DNA of 64,000 nucleotides from Caecitellus pseudoparvulus (lineage: Eukaryota > Protista > Bigyra: Bicosoecida). The notes beneath the pieces are model-generated. The model did not search any database, was not told the origin of the DNA, and saw only the letters and a program-made list of their open reading frames with translations. The translations under genes were made by a program, and so were the position numbers. Location: assembly GCA_965644315.1 (NCBI GenBank), contig CBFFRQ010000094.1:62001-126000 (forward strand). The letters are read 5' to 3'. This document shows, piece by piece, positions 38,644 through 47,919 of the stretch (positions are counted from its first letter, which is position 1; the number at the start of each line of letters is the position of its first letter).

Positions 38644-40359
38644 ATGCCAGTGCAGTCCACGCTGCAAGGCGCCGCCGCGCCCGACTCGTACACTTCCTTC
38701 CTGGATGCCCTCCTGCGTGAGGCCCTCCTGGCACTGCAGTCGTTCACACAGAACTTCACGCTGGTGTTTTACCTGCGGGCGGGTCTGGCCTTGCTCACGC
38801 GTGTGCTCACGTTGCTACAACGCAGCCCCGCCAAGCTGCTGTCATGGCACCACCTGCTGCACGAGTCAAAGCTGGACTTCCGCGTGGGAGCCGTGCGCCT
38901 GGGCCTGTTCGTGGGCGGGTTTGCAGCCCTGTACCGCCTGCTGCGTGCCTTGCTCAGTGCAGCGTTGCCCGACGCTTGGCAAGCGGCTGCCGTGTCAGCT
39001 GCAGGAGCGGGGGTGGCACTGGCAGCCCTGCCGGCCGAGACACGGCGCACGTTTGCGTTGTATGCCTTTGCACGCGCACTGCAGTGTGGCTGGGGAGTCC
39101 TGGCCCGGCTCGGGCTGGTGCCGGCGTCGGTACTGGGCGGAGCGGCGAGTCTCTTCGCAGTCAGCAGTGCGGCAGTCATGCAAGCGTATGTGCTGCACCC
39201 AAAGACCCTCCCGCCCTCGTACATTTCGTTCATTGTGCGGACTGGGCCCATCGCTGCGCCTGTGCTGCGCGCTGTGCGTCTGCAGCAGGCAGGTGCTGCG
39301 TTGCCGCTTGACCTGCGCGCCTGGCTGCAGCGCTACGTCAGCACACAGCACCCGTCCTTCTGGCGCACATGGTTTGGAGCAGCGCCACCGCCCTCCAAGG
39401 CACCTGGGCCTGTGCCTGGCTGCAGCATCTGGCTGCAGCCTTCATACCCGGGTACCAGTGGTGTTGGGAGCGGCGGGTTGAGTGCTGGACTGTTGCCGCA
39501 CTCGGTTGCCGTGCAGCGACTAGCCATGGGCCAAGACACAGCCTATGCGGCAACGACTCGACGAGAACTGTGGCGTGGACTGCTGCAGGCGATTGGGTGG
39601 ACGCCCACGCCTGAGCCTGGCCGATTTCCGGGCGGGGAGGTGGACCAGGTCGCTGCGCGGCACGTCACTATGCCGGCACACTTGCAGCGCATCCCCGCCG
39701 CACTCATGCACCCACGCCAGCGCTCCAGTGTGCTGCAAGCCCTGCAGACAGCCGTGGACGCCAGTCGCCGTGTGCTGCCCCTGTACACCAGTCTGAACCT
39801 CGTCCCCCTCGCCGTCTTCCGCTGGCGCAAACTGCTCAGCTCCCCCAGCTGCGCGCTGTTCAAAGCACTCACGTCAGCCCTACAGTCCTCCGCGTTCATA
39901 GGCGCCTTTGTGGGCAGCTACATGGCCATGATTGACTTGCACCGGTGGGCATGTCGCGGCGACCACCCAGCGGTGTACTGGTTGGCAGGGCTGGTTGCCG
40001 GGTACACCGTGCTGCTGGAGCGCCCCTCCCGCCACGTAGATCTGAGTCTGTACGTCCTGCCACGAGCGCTGGACTCCCTGTACAAACGACTCGCCAAGCG
40101 AGGCATGGTGGTGTCCATTCCACACGGAGATGTGCTGTTGTTCGCGGTGGCCATGGCGATGCTCATGGCAACATACGAAGCCGAGAGCGGGACGAGTGAG
40201 AGGGGTGCACGGAAAGAGGGGGAGGGAGGGGGAGGGCGCACCCCCCTCATGGCGCCGTTTTTGCGGTCCCTGCTGCGATTCTTCATCGGTCCCACAACCT
40301 CTGTCGCGGAAGAACTCGCCACGTCGGCTGGCTCTGCAGGTGACCTGGTGGTGACGTGA
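38644..40359 (+). CDS. TMEM135-like (Tim17/PXMP4 superfamily) membrane protein
   Basis: RLGLFVGGFAALYRLLR, RRTFALYAFARA, LF..SSA.VM.AYV.HP.TLPPSY..FI, LLERPSRHVDLSLYVLPRA and PHGDVLLF. Intronless. Confidence 0.8.
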   Translation: MPVQSTLQGAAAPDSYTSFLDALLREALLALQSFTQNFTLVFYLRAGLALLTRVLTLLQRSPAKLLSWHHLLHESKLDFRVGAVRLGLFVGGFAALYRLLRALLSAALPDAWQAAAVSAAGAGVALAALPAETRRTFALYAFARALQCGWGVLARLGLVPASVLGGAASLFAVSSAAVMQAYVLHPKTLPPSYISFIVRTGPIAAPVLRAVRLQQAGAALPLDLRAWLQRYVSTQHPSFWRTWFGAAPPPSKAPGPVPGCSIWLQPSYPGTSGVGSGGLSAGLLPHSVAVQRLAMGQDTAYAATTRRELWRGLLQAIGWTPTPEPGRFPGGEVDQVAARHVTMPAHLQRIPAALMHPRQRSSVLQALQTAVDASRRVLPLYTSLNLVPLAVFRWRKLLSSPSCALFKALTSALQSSAFIGAFVGSYMAMIDLHRWACRGDHPAVYWLAGLVAGYTVLLERPSRHVDLSLYVLPRALDSLYKRLAKRGMVVSIPHGDVLLFAVAMAMLMATYEAESGTSERGARKEGEGGGGRTPLMAPFLRSLLRFFIGPTTSVAEELATSAGSAGDLVVT

Positions 40360-41197
40360 GCGGATTGTGGGAGGAGGGGTTGCTTGGTGTTGAGCGGGAG
40401 GGTGGATAAGCTGCGATGGGGTGTTGTGAACGGTGGTGGGAATGTGATTCCCTTCAATAGTTTGCCAGAGCCCTCTGCTGTGAAGACTTGATACTGTAGG
40501 ACTCTGGCGGGAAGCAGGTTCGGTTTCGATGAGGGGCTTCTGACGCTGGAGCTGAATACAGTGGGTCAGGGAGGTGTGGGGGCTGCCTCGTATGGTATGG
40601 ATGGGGCAATCGCTGCGGAGAGGTGAGGAGGCACCCCAAGCCGATGCTGTATTGGGTTTGGTGGACTTGTCGTTGTCCTTGCAGTCTTCGGTGTGTTAGG
40701 TGACGTACAGAGAGAGCACATGCACGCCAGCTGCGGCTTACAGTCAGTCTGAAGCCGCAGGGGTGTATTGAGCATGATGAAAGCCTCTTCAAGGGCTAGC
40801 ACGCCGGTGAGGTAAGATATCTTTCGGACTTGGTTACATGGCACACAGCCTTTGGTCGTGGCAGAACCCATCTCAAGGAAAGGTGGATTTGGTCAGGGTC
40901 GGGCTTGGCTTGCTCGTCAAATTCAGCCTTTGATGAGTCCAGGAAAGGCGGAAAACACCGTTCTACAGCAGGTTGCTGCACTCGGGTGATAGTCTTCTGC
41001 TTCGGGGCTGGTGGAGTAGGGTGATTCTTGGATCAAAACTGTCGCAAGCCAGCGGCTCTTCCTTGCGACTCTCAGGTTGAGTGACTTCGCCGCTTCGCTT
41101 GAATTCTTGGCCTAAACAGCTGAGTGAATGCATTTGCATTCATTTCTACTTCGTGCTCAACCCCCATCGTGCACCAACATTCTTCCGTTCGCGATGC

Positions 41198-44100
41198 TCA
41201 AGTCTCGCCCCCACCCTCATGCACGGATGTGCGCTGTGGACGTGCAGCCGTGAAGGACACGCGACCTCGGCCGTCCATGCGGCGGCCCCCTGACATGCGC
41301 CTGTTCCCATTGCGAGCAAATGCCAGCGCAAGCGCTTCGCATGGATCCCCTGAACCCTGTCCGGCATCTGCTTCAGGGGAGAACATCCCCCCCGTCGCAC
41401 TCGAACGCCGTTGGGCCGTGTTGGTGGCCGGGAGCTCTGGGGGCAGAGTCTGCAGCCTACGGCTTGGTGTGGCGCTTCCTTGTGGCTGAGCTGCCGGCGA
41501 GTCACGGGCACGGTTCGGTGACGTAAAATCACGAGTTGGCCTTCCAACTGGAAGCGGCTGCCGGCCTCGCCCAGTCGCCTGCAGCATCGGATTTGCTCCG
41601 TGCACTGTGTGGCTTGATGCTCCAGTGCTAGTCGATTGAAGAGGGTGCTGCTGGAACTCGACCTGGTCTGCCAACTTGCTGCCAAAGGCTGATCGTTTAA
41701 TCTCGGTGCCAGCTGGCATGGCAACCAGAGTCGACCCCGAGTCACCCACTACATCCGCCATGCCAGTCTCCACGGTCCGTCCCTGCTCCTGCAGCATGCC
41801 CAGCACACTCAACACATCAGATGCTGGACGAGACGCTGCGGGTTGTACATCGCCTCGCCGCACACACCGCTGCACCAACGCCCACATAATGCTGCCCACA
41901 CCCGGCACTTGGCTGTCGGCCACATCGCCCAGCTGACCACTGCTGCCACTTCCTGCACTGGCTGGCCCCAGCTCAGGCAGCCAGGCTCGCAGACGCCGAC
42001 CCACACGTGCCAGCAGTGCTCGCACTCGGCCACTGTACCCTCGAGCCACAGCCATCGCCAGCCACAGCAGCACAAGCACATGCCCGATGCCGGAGATGAT
42101 GGATGCAGCAGTGGCCAGTCCGCCACCTGCCGTGCCCACACCCACACACACCACCTGCACCAGGATGCCGCCATGGTCCAGGACATCCAGGTCGCTCAGC
42201 TCAGCCAGCGCCCACGGCCGACGGTGCTGCACGAGGGCCATGCTGCCCGCCACAACCACACCGACACACACAAGGCGAGCCATGATGGATGTCGTCATGC
42301 TGCCCATGACCGCCACCAGCACGACGAGGGCCATCTGCAAGGCAGGGAAGGCGTGTGTGGGCAGGAGGCGCCCGGCACCGCAACAGGCATGCTCACTGGC
42401 GCGTGCTTCCGCGACAGCAGCTGCTTTGAGCGCCTTGTCTGCACTTGTAGCATGTGCAAGGCGCACTGCTTGCTGTGGCGTGTACTGCATGCGGTACCCC
42501 ATCGTGCAGTAGGCAGGAATGGAAGCCCCCCGCGGCAGCAAGTGTTCCGACTCCCGCCACTGCCGCCACGCCAGCACACTCAGCACACCCACCGTGGCAG
42601 CCAAGCACTGCAGCGTCAAGGAGGCAGCGTACCCGCCCACATCAGCCGCATGCCCAGCGACATCGTCCGGACTGGACATGCCACGCCACACTGGCTGCAG
42701 CCCCACGATGCGGGCTTGGCCCTGGATGACACTGGGCACCACCTGCATGTACGCCGCTGGCGCCAGGAGCAGGAGGATGGTGGTCCAGGTCTTGTCAGGT
42801 GCAGGGCGAGCGCACCACAGCACAGCGGCACTGACACACAGAAGCACGGCGCCATACACGGCCATGATGATGTTGGTCATGTCATGAGGGCTGCGGCTGT
42901 CGCCTCCGCCCGTGAGACATCCTGCGCTTGGCATTGTCGCGACGTCAGCCCGCCCTGTGAGTGCGCCCAGGATGCCCAGGACATCCACGCCTTGGGCTGG
43001 CTCAGGCTGGCTGGCGTACATGGTGCCGTTGGGCAGCATGGCCTGATCTTGGCCTGCTCGCCAGGGCTGGGCCATGCCACAGACATCGGCCCAGTGGCCC
43101 AGAGTGTGCGCTGTCGCCTGCAGTGTGCCTGGCGTGTCGGCAGCCAGTAGCGCCACCTGCCCCGCCATACCGATGTACCACATGGCCAGGCGCAGGCCGC
43201 CACTGAACAGGCTCGTCGCAACACGGTCTGGAGCACGCGCATACCCGTGCACCGCGAACAGGGACATGGCCAGTCCCAGCGCTATCTGAGCGGCTGTGGC
43301 GCCAGCCTTGACGACATCTGGCGCCACGCCACCGTAGGGACACTGGCGGCATGTGGTGCAGGGGGAGGTAGCAGCCCAGCCGTCGGCACAGGCTTGGCAA
43401 GCGAGGCCGCGGTGTCCAGGCTGGCAGGCTGACAGGAGGCGCACGTCAGAGTGGGGGAGGCAAGAGCCTGGTCGCGGACAGGGGAGGATGAGGGCTTGTG
43501 GTGACGAGCAGTGTTCAGTACATGCGAGCTGGGCTGAGAAGCGGAGAGCAATCTGAAGGTGGGATGAGAAGTTGTGTGATGAAAGTGCCCAAGCCGAGCG
43601 GGGTGGAGAGGGTTGGGGTGTGAGGGATGGGCTTGGAGATGCCGAGGCAGTGGGCATGGCTGAGCTGGAGTGGGAAGGCGTGGTGCGTGGACTGGCACTG
43701 CTGCTACTGGTGCTGCTGACGCTGGGAGTGACAGAAGGGGGGTTGGTTGCTGTGGCGGACCGAGTGGGGCTGATCGTGCAGGTGCCGGATGGAGATCTGC
43801 TGGGAGTTGCCGTTGGGGATGGGGAATTCGTGGCAGTTGGCGTTGGCGTCGGCAGTGGCTCTCTTTGGCCCGGAGCGCATCCAACATCCACGGCGGCCGG
43901 GCAATCGCCACCTGTGCAGTTCCATGCACCATACAACGTGCTGCCCACACAAGAGCCCACGCCAGTGCATGAGATGCTGCAATGTTCTAGTGGAATGGAA
44001 GTGCGTATGCAGTAAATGCTTGTGCTTGTGCAGGAGTCACTCCCTGTGCAATCAACTGAAGCACCGTCCTGAAGGATGATTGAGTTTTGAACAGTGTCAG

Positions 44101-46315
44101 ACGAGCAGCTATGTGGTGCATCGCAGTGGAGAGTTGTGTTGGGAAGGGGGGATGCTGTGGGGCAACCATTGCACATGCACAGATTGCTCTCGAACTCAAA
44201 GCCAAACATTTGCATGAAGCAATCGATGGATGAAGGAGAAGGAGGTGGGCACGCACTCGTGAGTGGAGATCCAGCAGTGTTTAGGGAATTTAAGCGAGGG
44301 AGACCATCAAATATCCCCACAGGCAGACTGGTCAGAGCATCATTCCTGCTTAGGGACAACGTGGTAAGGCTGGAGAGGTTGCGAAACAAGCCGACAGGCA
44401 GCCTCGCCAGTGCAGGGTTCCAGCTCAGGTACAGGTGTGTGAGGCTGCTGAGGCCATCAAATATTCCCACAGGCAGACTGGTCAGAGCATCATTCCTGCT
44501 TAGGGACAATGTGGTAAGGCTGGAGAGGTTGCGAAACAAGCCGACAGGCAGCCTCGCCAGTGCAGGGTTCCAGCTCAGGTACAGGTGTGTGAGGCTGCTG
44601 AGGCCATCAAATATTCCCACAGGCAGACTGGTCAGAGCATCATTGCTGCTTAGGGACAATGTGGTAAGGCTGGAGAGGTTGCGAAACAAGCCGACAGGCA
44701 GCCTCGCCAGTGCAGGGTTCCAGCTCAGGTACAGGTGTGTGAGGCTGCTGAGGCCATCAAATATTCCCACAGACAGACTAGTCAGAGCATCGTTGTAGAT
44801 CAAATCCAGATGTGTGAGACTTGTGAGCCCATCAAACACACCAAGCGGCAGGCTTGTTAGTGCACCTGACCCATACTCTGATCCCCCAACGGCCAGGCTC
44901 GTGAGATTGGCGAGGCCGACAAACACCCCTGGCTGCAGCGTCAACAGTCCACTATTGCTGGTCAGCTCCAAGTTCAAGAGGCTGTGAAGGTTGCCAAACA
45001 CGCCCACAGACAGACTGTTCAGAGCTCTATTGCTGTTTAGCTTCAGGTGTGTTAGACTGGGCAGGTCATCAAAAACACCCACAGGCAGGCTGGTCAGGGC
45101 AGAGTTGTAGCTCAGATCCAGGTGTGTGAGGCTGGACAGACCATCAAAAACACCCACAGGCAGGCTGGTCAAGGCATAGTTGTAGCTCAGATCCAGGTGT
45201 GTGAGGCTGGACAGACCATCAAAAACACCCACAGGCAGGCTGGTCAAGGCATAGTTGTAGCTCAGATCCAGGTGTGTGAGGCTGCTGAGGTTACGAAAAA
45301 CACCGACAGGCAAGCTGTCTAGGCCGTGGCCGTCCAAGCTCAGGTGTATGAGGCTGCTGAGGCTGTCAAACACGCCTTCAGGCAGGCTGGTCAACACGTT
45401 GCGAAAAAAGTTCAAGTGTGTGAGGCTGGTGAGGCTGTCAAACACACCCTCAGGCAGGCTAGCTAGGGCATAGTTCCGTCTGAGGTCCAGGTGTGTGAGG
45501 CTGGTAAGATTAGCAAACACACCTACAGGCAAGCTGCTTAAGGCATCGTTGTCGCTCAGGTAAAGGCTGCCCAGGTTGCCGAGGCTGTCGAAAACGCCTG
45601 GCCGAAGGCTGGTCAGTCCCCCATATCCATTCTCACGCCCCCCCAGTCTCAGCCTTGTAAGGTTCTTCAGCGTATCAAATACACCGTCAGGCAGGCTTTC
45701 AAGGGCATCATTGAGGCTCAGATCCAGATCTTCAAGGCTGACCAGTTGGTTGAACACTCCTGGTCGCAAGCTGGACAATCCGTTTATTTCAACGATGCCC
45801 AAGCTCGTGAGGCCGGTCAAGCTGTTGAACACGCCTTCAGGCAGGCTTGGCAAGGGAGTTTCGCTAAGGGACAGGCTGGAGAGACAGGTGAGTCCATCAA
45901 AAACACTCTCATTGATGTTCGTGAAGCTGCCGAAGTAAATGTTCAATGCTGTGCACCCGCATGCAGTACAGCTTTCCAGTGTGTCACCCTCCACAACACA
46001 GCATGAAGGCAAGTAGCCCACCACTCCAGCCCAAAGGCTCACCACGCTCATCAACCACAAGAAGCTTCTCCGCCCTGCCTTTGTCTCAGTCCTCCTCCTC
46101 TTTGACCCTTGCACCCCTAAATCAGGCGTAATCTTGTTCACCTGACCACTCATTCGAAGACCAAACCCGCTGTTGTAGATGGACAACCAAGACCCTCCTG
46201 GCATGAGACTCAGCATCATACACGAATGGGCGCTTGCCATGCCTCTACCACGGCATAGATCTGGTAGTCTTTGCTGGTGTGGGTGCGCTTGCTCTGCAAG
46301 CTGTACTTGGGACAA
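41198..46315 (-). CDS. LRR receptor-like multi-pass membrane protein (~22 LRRs, Cys-rich region, Ser/Thr/Pro stalk, multi-TM domain); true start probably downstream of 46315
   Basis: Mostly 25-aa repeats LTSLPVGVFDGLSSLTHLDLSYNYA, a hydrophobic leader (FLWLMSVVSLWAGVVG), a PTPTPTATNSPSP stalk, CQPGHRGLACQACADGW, then several hydrophobic helices. Single 1705-aa ORF. Confidence 0.88.
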   Translation of the reverse strand: MSQVQLAEQAHPHQQRLPDLCRGRGMASAHSCMMLSLMPGGSWLSIYNSGFGLRMSGQVNKITPDLGVQGSKRRRTETKAGRRSFLWLMSVVSLWAGVVGYLPSCCVVEGDTLESCTACGCTALNIYFGSFTNINESVFDGLTCLSSLSLSETPLPSLPEGVFNSLTGLTSLGIVEINGLSSLRPGVFNQLVSLEDLDLSLNDALESLPDGVFDTLKNLTRLRLGGRENGYGGLTSLRPGVFDSLGNLGSLYLSDNDALSSLPVGVFANLTSLTHLDLRRNYALASLPEGVFDSLTSLTHLNFFRNVLTSLPEGVFDSLSSLIHLSLDGHGLDSLPVGVFRNLSSLTHLDLSYNYALTSLPVGVFDGLSSLTHLDLSYNYALTSLPVGVFDGLSSLTHLDLSYNSALTSLPVGVFDDLPSLTHLKLNSNRALNSLSVGVFGNLHSLLNLELTSNSGLLTLQPGVFVGLANLTSLAVGGSEYGSGALTSLPLGVFDGLTSLTHLDLIYNDALTSLSVGIFDGLSSLTHLYLSWNPALARLPVGLFRNLSSLTTLSLSSNDALTSLPVGIFDGLSSLTHLYLSWNPALARLPVGLFRNLSSLTTLSLSRNDALTSLPVGIFDGLSSLTHLYLSWNPALARLPVGLFRNLSSLTTLSLSRNDALTSLPVGIFDGLPRLNSLNTAGSPLTSACPPPSPSSIDCFMQMFGFEFESNLCMCNGCPTASPLPNTTLHCDAPHSCSSDTVQNSIILQDGASVDCTGSDSCTSTSIYCIRTSIPLEHCSISCTGVGSCVGSTLYGAWNCTGGDCPAAVDVGCAPGQREPLPTPTPTATNSPSPTATPSRSPSGTCTISPTRSATATNPPSVTPSVSSTSSSSASPRTTPSHSSSAMPTASASPSPSLTPQPSPPRSAWALSSHNFSSHLQIALRFSAQLACTEHCSSPQALILPCPRPGSCLPHSDVRLLSACQPGHRGLACQACADGWAATSPCTTCRQCPYGGVAPDVVKAGATAAQIALGLAMSLFAVHGYARAPDRVATSLFSGGLRLAMWYIGMAGQVALLAADTPGTLQATAHTLGHWADVCGMAQPWRAGQDQAMLPNGTMYASQPEPAQGVDVLGILGALTGRADVATMPSAGCLTGGGDSRSPHDMTNIIMAVYGAVLLCVSAAVLWCARPAPDKTWTTILLLLAPAAYMQVVPSVIQGQARIVGLQPVWRGMSSPDDVAGHAADVGGYAASLTLQCLAATVGVLSVLAWRQWRESEHLLPRGASIPAYCTMGYRMQYTPQQAVRLAHATSADKALKAAAVAEARASEHACCGAGRLLPTHAFPALQMALVVLVAVMGSMTTSIMARLVCVGVVVAGSMALVQHRRPWALAELSDLDVLDHGGILVQVVCVGVGTAGGGLATAASIISGIGHVLVLLWLAMAVARGYSGRVRALLARVGRRLRAWLPELGPASAGSGSSGQLGDVADSQVPGVGSIMWALVQRCVRRGDVQPAASRPASDVLSVLGMLQEQGRTVETGMADVVGDSGSTLVAMPAGTEIKRSAFGSKLADQVEFQQHPLQSTSTGASSHTVHGANPMLQATGRGRQPLPVGRPTRDFTSPNRARDSPAAQPQGSATPSRRLQTLPPELPATNTAQRRSSATGGMFSPEADAGQGSGDPCEALALAFARNGNRRMSGGRRMDGRGRVSFTAARPQRTSVHEGGGET
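44304..44790. repeat. 150-bp tandem repeat (two-LRR module) x ~3.2 inside the LRR gene
   Basis: CCATCAAATAT... units begin at 44304, 44454, 44604 and 44754 and differ by only a few bases. Confidence 0.95.
45067..45283. repeat. 75-bp tandem repeat (single-LRR module) x ~2.9 inside the LRR gene
   Basis: CATCAAAAACACCCACAGGCAGG... units at 45067, 45142 and 45217. Confidence 0.95.
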
Positions 46316-46747
46316 GCTGAAAAGTGCGAGTGCACATCCACCCAGCGCTGAAGGGGATCAGGAGTACAACCCTCTCGTTTTACAATAGGATGTAGATGCC
46401 CCACAGTGGGCTTTTGGCCGTCCCCTTGCGTAAGGATCGAGTGGGAAACTCCTCCTCTTTGGTGTCCGGCTGGTCGGCTGGCGTACACTGGCCGATCACC
46501 TATTTCATTCCACACCTTACTGAGCTGAATCGATAAAGCAGAACCGCATAAATGGCTCTGCACTATTTTGGAGCACACACTGAATGTGATTTGCGTTCAG
46601 TAATGCGCTGAAAGGTCAGAGATTGGGACAGGTATGGCTCCTGCCCGCGTTTCACACGAAACGCAGACTGTCATTTTCAGCTGCCAGCTCGCCTGCCCAC
46701 GCCCCTTTGCTTTCTTCGGCATCATGCTCCCAGCCATCCATTGGGGT

Positions 46748-47130
46748 ATGAAGTTGCTTCTCCACTCCGCCCTGTGCTCGGCCGTTGCCGCTGGTTTGCC
46801 CGGTGCTGTAGGTTGACGTGATGCGATATGCTCCGTCTTGCTGTGCTCCAGATGGCTATTGCTCGGTGCACGCACAGCGTCAAGCTTCGACACTAGTATC
46901 CGCATCGTTCACATACAACGCAGTTCAGGCCTACCCCCTTCCTTTCCGTGCCACGCTCCTGAACGAATGCCAGCACCGCTTCGCTGACGATGCTGCGTTC
47001 AGCTTCAAGTCACCCCTCTCCCGGCAACGCTGGAACTGCCTTTGACTGGCAAGGTGCTGTAGCACAGCTCTTACAGAGGCTCTACAGCCACCTACCTTCT
47101 CAAACTGCACTAAACTCAGACTTTTTACCG
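46748..47130 (+). pseudogene. Possible decayed 5' fragment of an LRR-receptor paralogue
   Basis: Signal-like MKLLLHSALCSAVAAGLPGAVG, then in another frame YAPSCCAPDG (the neighbour has AGVVGYLPSCCVVEG) and ALTEALQPPTFSNCTKLRLF. Broken by stops and frameshifts. Confidence 0.3.
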
Positions 47131-47919
47131 CAAAGTCTTAGCTGGATGCTGACTTGCGGGGATTGGTGTACGTACGTGTTCGTAGTGGCTCCTTGAAATG
47201 CAACGTCCCACAGGTGGATGGTGTCAGCGCAGGTGCAGTGACACAGGGCCAGCCTAGCGTGACTACACAGGCTTCCCAGAGCTTGATTTTTGCTCTGTTA
47301 CATTCAGAGTGAAAGTTGAATTTGTTTGGGTCGACATTATGCCTGAAACCTCAACAGGGCCTGCGGGAGAGGTGCAACTCCATCTGGGCAGAGTTTCATG
47401 AAACTCCACAGAGCTTCGGGGCTCTATCTTCGGCTTCTTCAAGCAAGCACCAACAGGACATTGTGTGGGGGCTCGATCAGTATGCATGCAACACTGCCTG
47501 CGTAGTCTGCGTGGGTGAAAGGCCCTGTGCATTGCGGAATCCGTGTCGGCGACTTCTTGGTGCGGGCTGGCGTCTCCTGCCTCCCGCCGACCCGGATTGC
47601 CGCCCATCCTTGCGCAAGCCCTGGTGATTTGCATGCTAAGGTCAAACCCGAAGACCTATAGCAGGTCCAGCATAGGCTGTTGCGTCTCCACAGCTTCTCC
47701 GCTGACCTCGTGGACGTCCAGCTCGACCTGGCTTCTTGACTCCTGTTCCCATCCGGAAGTCTTGTGCGATGCTTCCTCCCTTTACCAACCCTGGGGGCCA
47801 TGGCTCCTCAGCAAGAAAGTAGATGCCAAGTAGAACCGCTCTGACTGTCACAGCCCTGCTGCTGTGGGCCTGCAGTGCTCCCTGAAGCTCGCCCGCAGGG
47901 CACCCAGCTCCTTCTACTC

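Noticed and set aside
40566-40871. Retrotransposon RNase H-like snippet (LRLQTDCKPQL)
   Set aside because: Too short, with no RT or integrase motifs nearby.
47263-47919. Further C-terminal extension of the transposase through several stops
   Set aside because: About 5 stops in 95 codons is near chance, and no domain is recognisable.
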